From Thermoproteota archaeon (lineage in GTDB: Archaea; Korarchaeota; Korarchaeia; Korarchaeales; Korarchaeaceae), in contig JAOZGC010000002.1 of assembly GCA_027491915.1 (NCBI GenBank), forward strand, positions 544,001-608,000: a DNA stretch of 64,000 nucleotides, given 5' to 3'. The position numbers were made by a program, and so were the translations under genes. The notes under the pieces are model-generated. The model was not told the DNA's origin, made no database searches, and was given only the letters and a program-made list of their open reading frames with translations. Positions 10,223-19,613 of the stretch are shown one piece after another; the first letter of the stretch is position 1, and every line of letters begins with the position of its first letter.

Positions 10223-11781
10223 CCCGCCGCACCTCCCATGAGAAGCCCGAGCCTCTCCTCGGTCAGCTCCTCGGGCCTGCCCCCTCCAACTATCCTCCCC
10301 TCGTACATGACCACCACCCTGTCGCTTATCTGGAGTATCTCGTCCAGGTCGGTGGACACCAGCAGCACGGCGGCCCCCCTGTCCCTCTCCTCGAGCAGCA
10401 GCCTCCTGATGTACTCTGTGGCCGCCACGTCCAGCCCGTGGGTCGGCTGGTCGGCCACTATGACCTTGCCCCCCTTCATGATCTCCCTGCCGACTATCAG
10501 CTTCTGCTGGTTTCCCCCGCTCAGGTGCCTGGCCGGGGCGTCCAGTCCGGGGACCACCACCGAGAACCTGCGGACGATCTCGGCCGCCCTCTCCCTGACG
10601 GTGTCCCACCTCATGACCCACCGGCCCGAGAAGGGGGGGCCGTCGTGGATCCCGAGGACCGAGTTCTCGGCCACCGAGAAGTCCATTATCAGGCCGACCC
10701 CCTGCCTGTCCTCCGGGACGTGGGCCAGCCCGGCCCTGTAGAGCTCCCTGGGGGGGGAGTTGGTCATTTCCCTGCCGGCTATGAGTACTCTTCCCCTATC
10801 AGCCCGCCTGAGCCCAGTTATGGCCTCCACCAGTTCCCTCTGCCCGTTCCCGGCGACGCCCGCCACGCCCAGCACCTCACCGGACCTGACCTCCAGGTCG
10901 ACGCCCCTGACGGCCCACCCGCCCTCCTCGCCCCGGACCCACAGCCCCTCCACCGACAGCAGGACCCCGCCCGGGGAGGGGGGGCGCCTCTCTATCTCCA
11001 TCTCCACCTCCCTGCCCACCATCATCCTGGCCAGGTCCGACTCTGTCACGTCGCCCGTCCTGACCGTCCCGACCACCCTGCCCCTCCTCAGGACCGTGAC
11101 CCTGTCCGTTATGCCCATGACCTCCCTCAGCTTGTGGCTGATGAATATGACGGTGACCCCCCTCTCCCTGAGCCTCCCGAGCAGCGAGAAGAGCTCCCTG
11201 ACCTCCAGGGGGGTCAGCACGGAGGTCGGCTCGTCCAGTATCAGGACCCTGACGTCCCTCATGAGGGCCTTCAGGATCTCCACCCTCTGCCTGATCCCCA
11301 CCGGGAGGTCCTCCACCCTGGCGTCCAGGGGGACTGGGAGGCCGAGCTCCCCCATTATCTCCTCCGCCTTCTCCCTCACGGCGGGATCCCCGATCCTGGA
11401 CAGGCTCCCCCCGGGGATCACCATCGAGAGGTTCTCCATCACGGTGAACACGGGTATCAGGGTGAAGTGCTGGTGGACCATGCCTATCCCCGACTCCAGG
11501 GCCTCCCAGGGCCCCCGGGGGGACGCCTCCCTCCCCCCCACCAGGACCCTCCCGGAGGTCGGCCTGAGCTCGCCGTAGAGGATCCTCATCAGGGTGGTCT
11601 TCCCGGCCCCGTTCTCTCCGAGCAGGCCGTGGATCTCCCCCGGGAGGACCGAGAAGTCGACCCCCCTCAGGGCCACGGTCCCGTCCCTGTAGACCTTGAC
11701 GATCCCCTCCATGGAGACGACGGGCTCCGGCCCGGTTCCCGGCCCCAAGATCGGCACCGGTCCGGCGGATCGGACAATCAA
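10219..11781 (-). CDS. CUT2 ABC transporter ATP-binding protein with tandem ABC domains (NupA-like)
   Basis: GENGAGKTT, MVHQHF, LDEPTSVL, VPEDR, LSGGNQQK; start uncertain. Confidence 0.95.
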   Translation of the reverse strand: MIVRSAGPVPILGPGTGPEPVVSMEGIVKVYRDGTVALRGVDFSVLPGEIHGLLGENGAGKTTLMRILYGELRPTSGRVLVGGREASPRGPWEALESGIGMVHQHFTLIPVFTVMENLSMVIPGGSLSRIGDPAVREKAEEIMGELGLPVPLDARVEDLPVGIRQRVEILKALMRDVRVLILDEPTSVLTPLEVRELFSLLGRLRERGVTVIFISHKLREVMGITDRVTVLRRGRVVGTVRTGDVTESDLARMMVGREVEMEIERRPPSPGGVLLSVEGLWVRGEEGGWAVRGVDLEVRSGEVLGVAGVAGNGQRELVEAITGLRRADRGRVLIAGREMTNSPPRELYRAGLAHVPEDRQGVGLIMDFSVAENSVLGIHDGPPFSGRWVMRWDTVRERAAEIVRRFSVVVPGLDAPARHLSGGNQQKLIVGREIMKGGKVIVADQPTHGLDVAATEYIRRLLLEERDRGAAVLLVSTDLDEILQISDRVVVMYEGRIVGGGRPEELTEERLGLLMGGAAG

Positions 11782-11786
11782 AAAAA
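11780..11786 (-). terminator. Oligo-T archaeal terminator/attenuator after the binding-protein gene
   Basis: A7 run on the + strand (T7 on -) about 18 nt after the bmp stop codon. Confidence 0.5.
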
Positions 11787-11803
11787 GTTAGGGGAGGGGG
11801 CCG

Positions 11804-13090
11804 TCAGCCCCCGGCCAGGGCGGCGCTCAGATCCCCGGCCTCCAGGGCCTGGATCACCTGCTCGTACTGGGTGTGGTCGGCCGGGTTGACGAAGGTGATC
11901 TGGCCCGACTTGATCTGGTTCTCGAGCTGGCTTATCAGGTTCCAGGCGTCCTGGGATATGTACTGGTCCCTGAGCTCGGCCACCCTCTGCCTGACGGACT
12001 CGGGGGTCCACCCTGAGGGCAGCTGCCCGGCGTCGGCCGCGAACTGGGCGAAGGCCTGGACCTCGTCCAGGGTGCTTATGCCCACCCCGTCCTCGGCCAG
12101 CCCCAGGCTGTGGATCCCCCCCTGGAAGTTCCCGCTGACGGCCATCTCAATGGCGTCGTAGACCGCCACGTCGACCTTCTTCCTACCGCTCACGAATATG
12201 TGGTCCGGGTCGTACCACTCCTGGGGCGCGTCCTGCCCTATGGCGAAGACGGTCTCGCCCTGCTGGGCCCTCTCCTTGACCGCCTCGAAGGCCCCTATGT
12301 GGGTGGCGCCGGCCAGGCCGTATATCACGTTGGCACCCTGGTCTATCAGCTGGAGGGTGGCGTCCTTCCCGGTGGCGGGGTCCGTGAAGGTGCCGGTGTA
12401 CACGTACAGGACGTCCACGTCGGTCCCCAGCTGCTGGGCCATCCACTTGGCCCCGTAGAGGTATCCTATGTGGAACCTCCAGAGCGGGGGTATGTCCATG
12501 CCCATCAGCGCGGCTATCTTGTCGTTGCCCGTGTCGTGGGCTATCACCGTGGCTATGGCCCCGACCAGGGCGCCGCACTCCTGCTCCCTGAAGACGTAGC
12601 TGGCCACGTTGGGCTGATCCACCACGGAGTCTATTATGGCGAAGTTCTGGTTCGGATACTCCTGGGAGACGTTGTTTATGGCGTCGGTCAGCAGGAACCC
12701 TATCCCTATGATCACGTCGTAGTCGCCGGAGGAGGCGAGCCCCTCTAGCACGGGGACGAAGTCGGCCATGCTGGCCGGCGTGACGTACTCCACCTCGACG
12801 CCCAGCTCCGACTTGGCCCTCTCGGCGCCCATGTAGGCCAGGTCGTTGAAGCTCAGGTCCCCCCTTCCCCCGACGTCGAACACCACGGCCACCTTGTGGA
12901 CGGCCGGCGGCGGTGGCGGGGGCGGCGGGGTCTGGTTCTGAACGGTGGACGGAGGTGGCGGGGGCGGCGGGGTCGGCTGCGGCTTCTGGGTCAGGAACAT
13001 CACGCCGACGGCCGCCAGGACCAGGATCAGGATGATCAGCCCTATAAGGGCCGACCTGCCTATGCCCGCTCTTCTCATGGGTGGGGACAC
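11804..13090 (-). CDS. BMP family (PnrA/TmpC-like) nucleoside-binding protein with an N-terminal membrane anchor and a Pro-rich linker
   Basis: GGRGDLSFND, NFAIIDS, FREQECGALVG, FAIGQD, SGRKKVD, GLAEDGVG. Confidence 0.92.
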   Translation of the reverse strand: MSPPMRRAGIGRSALIGLIILILVLAAVGVMFLTQKPQPTPPPPPPPSTVQNQTPPPPPPPPAVHKVAVVFDVGGRGDLSFNDLAYMGAERAKSELGVEVEYVTPASMADFVPVLEGLASSGDYDVIIGIGFLLTDAINNVSQEYPNQNFAIIDSVVDQPNVASYVFREQECGALVGAIATVIAHDTGNDKIAALMGMDIPPLWRFHIGYLYGAKWMAQQLGTDVDVLYVYTGTFTDPATGKDATLQLIDQGANVIYGLAGATHIGAFEAVKERAQQGETVFAIGQDAPQEWYDPDHIFVSGRKKVDVAVYDAIEMAVSGNFQGGIHSLGLAEDGVGISTLDEVQAFAQFAADAGQLPSGWTPESVRQRVAELRDQYISQDAWNLISQLENQIKSGQITFVNPADHTQYEQVIQALEAGDLSAALAGG

Positions 13091-13191
13091 CCGATGGCCC
13101 GGTTTTTCGTTGAATAATTTAACCTTTTCTCGGGGGAGGCCGGGGGCGGCGGGCGATATTAGTATTTAGGGTTCCCCGGGCGGGCCCCGGG

Positions 13192-13476
13192 ATGGCGCCC
13201 GGAGGGTCCACCCTGACCACCTTCCTGGCCATAGCCGGGACCGTCTTCGTCATGGAGATGGCCGACAAGACCCAGCTGGCGGCCCTGAGCTTCTCCGCCG
13301 AGGTGCCCGACGCCCGGCTGGTCTACGCCGCCACCGTGCTCGGGTTGGCCCTGGCCTCGCTGGTCTCCGTGTTCGGGGGGAGGGTCCTGAGGGCGGCGCT
13401 GGGATCAGGCCCGCTCAGGCTCGCCGTCGGCGCCGCCCTGGTGCTGGCCGGGATCCTGGTGGTTCTTGGAAGGTGA
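13192..13476 (+). CDS. TMEM165/GDT1 (UPF0016) family half-size Ca2+/Mn2+ transporter
   Basis: VFVMEMADKTQLAA variant of the E-x-G-D-K-T motif; 3 TM helices. Confidence 0.85.
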   Translation: MAPGGSTLTTFLAIAGTVFVMEMADKTQLAALSFSAEVPDARLVYAATVLGLALASLVSVFGGRVLRAALGSGPLRLAVGAALVLAGILVVLGR

Positions 13477-14364
13477 CCTCGTCGGTATGAGGTGGGTCCC
13501 GTCGCAGGAGGGGGCCCGGAAGAACCCGGGATCGGTCAGCCCCTCCCTGCAGGTGGCGTAGGTCAGGCCGACGTCGCGCGCCCTCCCAACGACCGGGGCC
13601 AGCATCCCCTCTCTGACCCGCCTCGGGAGGTACCAGTACCCCCCGATCCACCTCCCCTCGATCCTGTAGGCCCTGCGCCACTCGGCCGCCAGCCCGGGGA
13701 ACGCGGCCTCCATCCTGCGCAGGCCGTCGGGCGTCGCCTTGTACGTGGACGTGACGACGTGGGCCGCGCCGGCCTCGGCGGCCGCCGAGACCAGCTCCCT
13801 CAGATCCGCGGGGTCGTCCGTCAGCCCCGGGATCACCGGGTCCACCCTGACCCCGACCGGTATCCCGAGCTCCGAGAGCTCGGCCGCGGCTCGCAGCCTG
13901 GCTTCCGGATCTGGGGCCCCGGGCTCCAGCCTCCCCGCCGTCCCCGCGTCCAGGGTGGTCACCGTGATCATCACGGCGGCCGCGCCCCTCAGGACGTCGG
14001 CGTCCCTGACCACCAGGTCCCCCTTGGTGGTCACCAGGATGCGGAATCCCGCCGACGCCAGCAGCCGCAGCACCCTCCGGGTGAGCCGCAGCACCCCCTC
14101 CTCCGGGGGATATGGGTCGGAGCTGGTGGAGAGCTCGACGGGGAGCGAGGGGTCCAACCTCCTCAGGTCCCTGATCACCCTGGCCTCGAGGTCTCTCTTG
14201 GGGCGGCTCCTGCCGACCCCCACGTACCTGGTGGCGTAGCAGTACAGGCACCCGTGGCTGCACCTGGTGTACGGCTGGAGGGAGTACTTCGGGGGGCACG
14301 TGCACAGGTGGCTCCCCCAGGGATCGAACCTCCTGATCACGTCCCCCTCCTTCCGGGCGGGCAC
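13405..14364 (-). CDS. Radical SAM protein, SplB-like family
   Basis: PYTRCSHGCLYCYA (CxxxCxxC), STSSDPYP, ILVTTKG, RVDPVIPGLTD, C-terminal CREG...CDG; 3' end overlaps the convergent gene. Confidence 0.88.
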   Translation of the reverse strand: MPARKEGDVIRRFDPWGSHLCTCPPKYSLQPYTRCSHGCLYCYATRYVGVGRSRPKRDLEARVIRDLRRLDPSLPVELSTSSDPYPPEEGVLRLTRRVLRLLASAGFRILVTTKGDLVVRDADVLRGAAAVMITVTTLDAGTAGRLEPGAPDPEARLRAAAELSELGIPVGVRVDPVIPGLTDDPADLRELVSAAAEAGAAHVVTSTYKATPDGLRRMEAAFPGLAAEWRRAYRIEGRWIGGYWYLPRRVREGMLAPVVGRARDVGLTYATCREGLTDPGFFRAPSCDGTHLIPTRSPSKNHQDPGQHQGGADGEPERA

Positions 14365-14416
14365 CCCACCGTCCGACCGGGCGAACCGTTAAAGGTTCCC
14401 CCCGCCGGCGCGGCGT

Positions 14417-15346
14417 ATGAGGCCGGCCCCCATACTGACCTTCAATCCCCGGGGGGATCTTGAGGTGTCGATCCGCCCGGTGGAGGATCCCGAGGACTTC
14501 CACGAGATAGTGAGGGTCCAGCTGGACGCCTGGGACATGCAGGACCCGACCGAGGCCACCCCCTTCCACGTGCTCACCGCCATGGCCAGGAACGGCGGCA
14601 TAGTCCTCGGCGCATACCTCGAGCCCGAGGGGAGGATGGTGGGGGCGGTGTTCGGCTTCCTCGGGAGGGAGGGCGGGAGGAGGGGCCGGATCTACCACTA
14701 CTCCCACCAGGCCGGCGTGATCAGGGAGTTCCAGGGGATGGGGATAGGCCTGGCCCTGAAGCTGGCCCAGAGGGAGGTGGCCCTCTCCCAGGGCCTGGAC
14801 CTGATGAGGTGGACCTTCGACCCGATCCAGGGGGTTAACGCCAGGTTCAACCTGTCCAAGCTGGGGGTCGTCGTCAGGGTGTACAAGAGGAACTACTACG
14901 GGATCATGAGGGACAGGCTCAACCAGGGCCTGAGGACCGACAGGTTCGTGGCCGAGTGGTACCTGGAGAGCCCGAGGGTCAGGCGCAGGATAGAGGGGAG
15001 GCACGTCACCCCCCCTCCCAGGGCGCTGTTGGAGGCCGGGGCCGGCCTCGCCCTGGAGACCGAGGGGGAGGGTCCCCTCAGGCGGCCGGTCTCCGTGAAC
15101 CCGGACCTGGACTCAGAGGTGGTGCTGGTCGAGATCCCCTGGGACCACAGGGCGACCAGGGAGGCGGGAGGCCCGGGGCTGCTGGCGGCCTGGAGGGACG
15201 CCACGGCCGAGGCCTTCGAGTCCTACTTCTCCAGGGGGTACGTGGACGTGGACCACTGCCTGGACGGGGGAGAGAGGAGGAGCTTCCACGTCCTCTGGAG
15301 GAGGCCGCTGGAGGAGATCCTCTCCGGGGAGGAGGTCCCCCGCTGA
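14417..15346 (+). CDS. GNAT family acyltransferase (COG3375-like)
   Basis: HYSHQAGV, QGMGIGLALKLAQR (acyl-CoA motif A), WTFDP, NARFNLSKLG, NYYG, TDRFVAEW. Confidence 0.88.
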   Translation: MRPAPILTFNPRGDLEVSIRPVEDPEDFHEIVRVQLDAWDMQDPTEATPFHVLTAMARNGGIVLGAYLEPEGRMVGAVFGFLGREGGRRGRIYHYSHQAGVIREFQGMGIGLALKLAQREVALSQGLDLMRWTFDPIQGVNARFNLSKLGVVVRVYKRNYYGIMRDRLNQGLRTDRFVAEWYLESPRVRRRIEGRHVTPPPRALLEAGAGLALETEGEGPLRRPVSVNPDLDSEVVLVEIPWDHRATREAGGPGLLAAWRDATAEAFESYFSRGYVDVDHCLDGGERRSFHVLWRRPLEEILSGEEVPR

Positions 15347-15398
15347 CCGGCGCCGGCTGGCGCCGACTTTTTTACCGGCCGGTCCGGGGCCGGACCCG

Positions 15399-15788
15399 AT
15401 GTACGCCCTGGCGGTGAACTTCTCCTCCCCCAGGGAGTGGAGGGAGGCGGTCTCCAGGTTCGCCGAGGAGCTGGAGTCCAGGCTCGGCCCCAGGCTCAGG
15501 ATGGTGGTGGCCCTCCCCTCCCCGGGCGACTCCCTCTACGACTCCAACGTGCTGGTGGTCCTGTCCGGTCGAGTCGCCCCGGGGGACTACCGGGCGGTCA
15601 GGGAGGCCGCCCCGGAGGGATCCGGGATCAACCCCCTGGTGGTCCCGGAGGGGGACGAGGCCGCGGTGGAGGCCTTCGAGCTGGCCGGCGGGTTTCCCTT
15701 TCCCGGTAGATCCGGGCGGGGGAGTCGATCCGCCCGAGGTGGTTCGGAGGAGGGGCGCCGTGGACGGGCGGAGGCCTCTGCTGGATAA
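15399..15788 (+). CDS. MNT-like antitoxin with a degenerate catalytic motif
   Basis: Helix-strand layout of a minimal nucleotidyltransferase (LGPRLRMVVALPS...YDSNVLVVL...INPLVV); directly upstream of a HEPN gene. Confidence 0.65.
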   Translation: MYALAVNFSSPREWREAVSRFAEELESRLGPRLRMVVALPSPGDSLYDSNVLVVLSGRVAPGDYRAVREAAPEGSGINPLVVPEGDEAAVEAFELAGGFPFPGRSGRGSRSARGGSEEGRRGRAEASAG

Positions 15789-16149
15789 GTCGGCCTCCCT
15801 GCTGAGGGAGGCCGAGGTAGACTTGAAGGTGGGCTGCTTCAACAAGGCCGTCTCCGCCGCCTACTTCTCGGTCAGAATGGCCGCCGAGGCCTTCCTCCTC
15901 GGGATGAGGACCAAGAAGGACGACAAGATAGCCAGGGGGTTGAAGCGGCTCTTAACCCCCATCCTGGGTGGGGAGGGGGCCGAGGAGGTCAGGCTGAGCT
16001 TCCTCCAGCTCTTCGACATGAGGAAGGCGGCCGACCACAGACCCACCAAGATGACAAGAGAGGACGCAGAGTTCGCCGTCGGGAGGGCCAGGGAGCTCCG
16101 GGCCGCCATCCTCGAGGCTGCGCGCCGACCGGCACCCGGAGGTGGCTGA
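15760..16149 (+). CDS. HEPN domain protein
   Basis: FNKAVSAAYFSV and LFDMRKAADH motifs; paralog at 37558. Confidence 0.8.
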   Translation: MDGRRPLLDKSASLLREAEVDLKVGCFNKAVSAAYFSVRMAAEAFLLGMRTKKDDKIARGLKRLLTPILGGEGAEEVRLSFLQLFDMRKAADHRPTKMTREDAEFAVGRARELRAAILEAARRPAPGGG

Positions 16150-16224
16150 GGCGACCGATCGACCCGACCGAACCCGGCCCGGACCTCCTCAACGTTTTAT
16201 TTGGGGAGGGGGGCCTTTCCCCCG

Positions 16225-16680
16225 GTGCGGGACTGGTCCTGGCTCCTGGAGGGGCTGCGGGAGGAGTTCGGGGAGGGCCTGATCTCCGTCGCCATCTACG
16301 GCTCGGTGGCGCGGGGGGAGGAGGACGAGGGGAGCGACTTGGACGTGCTCGTCGTCGCCGAAGATCTGCCCCCCGACCCGTCCGAGAGGCTGAGGATCTC
16401 CGGCCGACTGGCCAGGACGGTCAGGCCCCCCCCGGGGACCCCCAGGCCCCTGTCCACCGTGCTGCTCACCCCCGGGGAGACCGAGCGGAACCCCCCCATA
16501 CTCCTAGACCTGGTGGAGGACGCCCTCATACTGTACGACAGGGGAGGGTTCCTCTCCCGGGTCCTCGAGAGGATCCGCGAGAGGCTCAGGGAGCTCGGGG
16601 CCAGGAGGGTCAAGACCGATCGCGGCTGGTACTGGATCCTCAAGCCGGACGCGGAGTTCGGGGAGGTGGTCAGGATCTGA
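16225..16680 (+). CDS. Minimal nucleotidyltransferase (MNT) antitoxin
   Basis: YGSVARG...SDLDVLVV; C-terminal WYWILKP; TTTTATTT box about 25 nt upstream of the GTG at 16225. Confidence 0.88.
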   Translation: MRDWSWLLEGLREEFGEGLISVAIYGSVARGEEDEGSDLDVLVVAEDLPPDPSERLRISGRLARTVRPPPGTPRPLSTVLLTPGETERNPPILLDLVEDALILYDRGGFLSRVLERIRERLRELGARRVKTDRGWYWILKPDAEFGEVVRI

Positions 16681-16691
16681 TAAACCTCGAG

Positions 16692-17120
16692 ATGGCCGCC
16701 GATTACCTCAGGAGGTCTCTCTCTTGCTTGGATGAGGCTAGATCGGCCCTCGCCCGGGGGGATCCGGCCCTCTGCATAAGGAGGTCTCAGGAATCCGTGG
16801 AGCTGGCCGCGAAAGCCCTCCTGAGGGCGGCCTCGGTGGAATACCCCCGGAGGCACGACGTCAGCGACGCCCTCTTGGAGGCCGCCCCCAGGCTGCCGGG
16901 CCGGGTGAGAGGCCGGGTGCGGGAGCTGGCCGACCTGGTGTCGGAGCTGGCAGCCGTCAGGGGCCCGGCCATGTACGGCTATGAGGATCGCGGGATACCG
17001 GCCTCGAGGGCGTTCTCCAACTCCTACGCGGACGAGGTGCTGGCCAGGACGACCACCGCCGTCCGGACCATCGAGGAGGTCCTGGTTCCGAGGCTGAGGG
17101 ATGCCGGATGCTGGCCGTAG
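16692..17120 (+). CDS. HEPN domain protein
   Basis: SQESVELAAKALL, YPRRHDV, RGPAMYG; paired with the MNT. Confidence 0.88.
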   Translation: MAADYLRRSLSCLDEARSALARGDPALCIRRSQESVELAAKALLRAASVEYPRRHDVSDALLEAAPRLPGRVRGRVRELADLVSELAAVRGPAMYGYEDRGIPASRAFSNSYADEVLARTTTAVRTIEEVLVPRLRDAGCWP

Positions 17121-18145
17121 CCCGCCCCGCCGACGGCACTCCCCACGGGGCCCGGACCGCCCCGACCCTCCCCGAGGGGCCGCCGGGGGATCGCGCCCGA
17201 GACCCCCCCGGGCGCGGGACGGGTCCGCCCCGGGCGCCCGCCCAGGGGTCCCCGCCCGAACCCCGATCAGGCCGCCCGGCGCGGGGCCGACCCTCAAATC
17301 AGGGCGCCCCGGGGCGCCGGGCGGTTCGGGTCTACAGGGTCACGGCCAAGAGGATCTTCACCCCGACCAGGATACCGGGGGCCAGATTCGTCGTCAACCA
17401 ATACGTCGGCTGCGAGCACGCCTGCTCCTACTGCTACGCCCGCTTCACCTGCAGGTGGAGGCGGGACAGGGGTCCCTGGGGGACCTGGGTTGAGGCCAAG
17501 GTCAACGCCCCGGACCTCGTCAGGGGCAGGCCGGTCAGGGGAAGGGTGGTGATGTCCAGCGTCTCCGACGCGTACCAGCCGGTCGAGAGGGAGCTGGAGC
17601 TTACGAGGCGCGTGCTCGAGGCCATGGACAGGGCGGTGGAGCTCTCCATACTGACGAAGTCGGACCTGGTGCTGAGGGACGTCGACCTCCTGTCGGAGTT
17701 CCCCCGCCTGGAGGTGGGGCTCACCGTCAACGGCCTGGAGGGGAGGGCGGCTCGGCTGCTGGAGCCCCTGGCTCCGGGACACGGCAGGAGGGTGGAGGCC
17801 CTGGAGGGGCTGAGGGCGGCCGGGCTGAGGACCTTCGCCTTCGTCAGCCCGGTGATACCGGGCCTGGTGGATCCGGCGGCCGTCATGGAGGAGGTGGCCC
17901 CCCTGGTCGACTTCTTCTACGTGGAGTTCATCAACGCCCGGGCCGCCGGGTCGGGGTTCCGCCGCATCCTGACGAGGGAGTTCCCGGAGAGCGCCGAGGT
18001 GGTCTACGACGGGTTCAGGTTTCGGGAGTACGTCCGGAGGACCGCGGCCGAGGTTAGGGGGACCGGGCTGATGGTCAGGGAGGTCGTGACCCACCTCCGC
18101 GGCCGGAGGGGCGGCGGGAGACAGACCTCCCTCCCGCTGGGCTGA
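17108..18145 (+). CDS. Radical SAM protein, SplB-like family; the conserved part starts near 17324
   Basis: NQYVGCEHACSYCYA, SSVSDAYQP, ILTKSDLVLRD, SPVIPGL. The first ~70 codons are low-complexity, so the start is uncertain. Confidence 0.85.
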   Translation: MLAVARPADGTPHGARTAPTLPEGPPGDRARDPPGRGTGPPRAPAQGSPPEPRSGRPARGRPSNQGAPGRRAVRVYRVTAKRIFTPTRIPGARFVVNQYVGCEHACSYCYARFTCRWRRDRGPWGTWVEAKVNAPDLVRGRPVRGRVVMSSVSDAYQPVERELELTRRVLEAMDRAVELSILTKSDLVLRDVDLLSEFPRLEVGLTVNGLEGRAARLLEPLAPGHGRRVEALEGLRAAGLRTFAFVSPVIPGLVDPAAVMEEVAPLVDFFYVEFINARAAGSGFRRILTREFPESAEVVYDGFRFREYVRRTAAEVRGTGLMVREVVTHLRGRRGGGRQTSLPLG

Positions 18146-18196
18146 CCGGCCGAGGCGGACCGGTGGGTTTAAGGGCCGGGGAGGGGCGGCGGACCC

Positions 18197-18382
18197 GTGG
18201 AACTCAGGGACCTGGCCGCTCTGGTCGCGGCGGTGGTCCTGGCCTACGTGCTGTGGAGGGTGATCTGGCTCCTGCTGAAGCTGGCGGTCTTCGCCGCCCT
18301 GGTGCTGGTCATGTTCTTTCTGGTGAGGTCCCTCCTCTCCGGGAGAGGGCCGGGCCCCGGTCCGGGGGCTCCCCCAGCCTGA
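18197..18382 (+). CDS. Small two-helix membrane protein
   Basis: 61 aa, two hydrophobic helices; TTTAAG box about 25 nt upstream. Confidence 0.65.
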   Translation: MELRDLAALVAAVVLAYVLWRVIWLLLKLAVFAALVLVMFFLVRSLLSGRGPGPGPGAPPA

Positions 18383-18424
18383 GCCGGGGCGCCAATTTTT
18401 AACTCTCCCCGCGGCGCCCGGCCG

Positions 18425-19126
18425 ATGACCGAGAGGACCGACAGGGACCCCAGGATAGCCGCCGCCGAGCTCATGACGGCGGGCCTGGAGGCCTCTCTGA
18501 GCTCTCTCCCGCGGCCGGCGGCCAGGGAAACGTCGAACCTGGCCCGGGGGCTCAGGTCCTCCGCCGCGGCCCTGAGGTACTCCTTCCTCTCCTCCCGAGA
18601 GGCGGACGACCAGGGGCTCCTCGATCCGCTGGTGGCCGGCGGGAGGAGGCTCCTGGAGGTTTGGAGGGGGCTGGCCGGGAGGGGGCCGTCTCCCTCCGTC
18701 CCGGCGGCCTGGCTCAGGGCCGCGGGACTGACCCTCTCCACGCTCAGGCGCAGGATGCTGGAGGGGGAGCCGACCTTCGCCTGGGCCGTCCCGTCGATGC
18801 GGGCCGCCGTGAAGGCGGCGATCCCGTCCGGCGGGCTGACGGCCCTGGACCTGGACGTCCGGGGAGAGAGGTTCTCCGTGGTGACCAGCCTGCCCGGGGT
18901 GGGGAGGGGGGACGTGGTGGCCTTCGCCATCCTGCCGCCCAGGAAGTTCGGCTCCGTCGTCAGCGAGGGGATGCTGGTGGAGGCCCGCCCCGCCGGGGGC
19001 GGGGAGGGAGGGGAGGCCGAGGGGGAGGGAGAGCCGGGGGAGCCGGCCCTTCCCGTCGGGAGGTCGGTCGGTGAGGTGGAGGCCGCCCTGAGGGCGGAGG
19101 CCGCGAGGCTCGGGGTCAGGATATGA
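18425..19126 (+). CDS. Archaeal tRNA-binding protein with a C-terminal EMAP/Trbp OB fold (COG2517-like)
   Basis: DPRIAAAE N-terminus; VVTSL...GDVVAFAILPPRKFGSVVSEGML. Confidence 0.75.
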   Translation: MTERTDRDPRIAAAELMTAGLEASLSSLPRPAARETSNLARGLRSSAAALRYSFLSSREADDQGLLDPLVAGGRRLLEVWRGLAGRGPSPSVPAAWLRAAGLTLSTLRRRMLEGEPTFAWAVPSMRAAVKAAIPSGGLTALDLDVRGERFSVVTSLPGVGRGDVVAFAILPPRKFGSVVSEGMLVEARPAGGGEGGEAEGEGEPGEPALPVGRSVGEVEAALRAEAARLGVRI

Positions 19127-19191
19127 CCGGCCGACCGCCGCGCCCCCGCCCGGCTCGCGGGTTTAAATGGGGGGGCTCCCCGGGGCCCCGG

Positions 19192-19613
19192 ATGGGGGCG
19201 AGGTTCGAGTCCCTGCTGAGGGAGATGTCCGAGGTCCTGAGGTTCGCCGGGAGCTGGTGGGGGTGGAGGAGGGGGAGTTCCTCAGGGACGCCAAGGCCAG
19301 GTACGCCCTCAGGATGGCGCTGGTCGAGGCGGTGGAGTCCGCCTCCGGGCTCGCCCTGGAGATCCTGAGGGTCAGGGGGAGGGTGGCGGGGGCTGAGGAG
19401 TATCCCCGGCTGTTCAGGCTCTTGGGGGAGGAGGGAGTCATCTCACCCGAGGCGGCCTCCGGCATGGTCAGGCTGGCGAGGCTCAGGAACCCCATAGTCC
19501 GCGGGTATTGGGAGGTGGACGACCTGAGGATCTACAGGGAGGCCAGGTCGGGCGGCCTCGAGCTCTTGAGGAGGTTCCTCTCGGAGGTGATGGAGGCTGC
19601 CCCTGGAGGTTGA
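19192..19613 (+). pseudogene. Frameshifted HepT-like (DUF86) HEPN toxin
   Basis: ATG at 19192 (MGARFESLLREMSEVLRFA) shifts near 19250 into ELVGVEEGEFLRD...YALR...RLRNPIVRGYWEVDD. The RNxxxH motif reads RNPIVR. Confidence 0.7.

Noticed and set aside
10030-11889. Long opposite-strand or alternate-frame ORFs (also 8142-9620, 42133-43640, 47458-48966, 53606-55354, 56735-58822, 59765-61810)
   Set aside because: They are shadows of real genes caused by high GC; Pro/Arg/Gly-rich with no motifs.
17121-17320. GC-rich spacer as an ncRNA or MITE
   Set aside because: Hairpins are expected at this GC content; no boxes, terminal repeats or second copy were seen.
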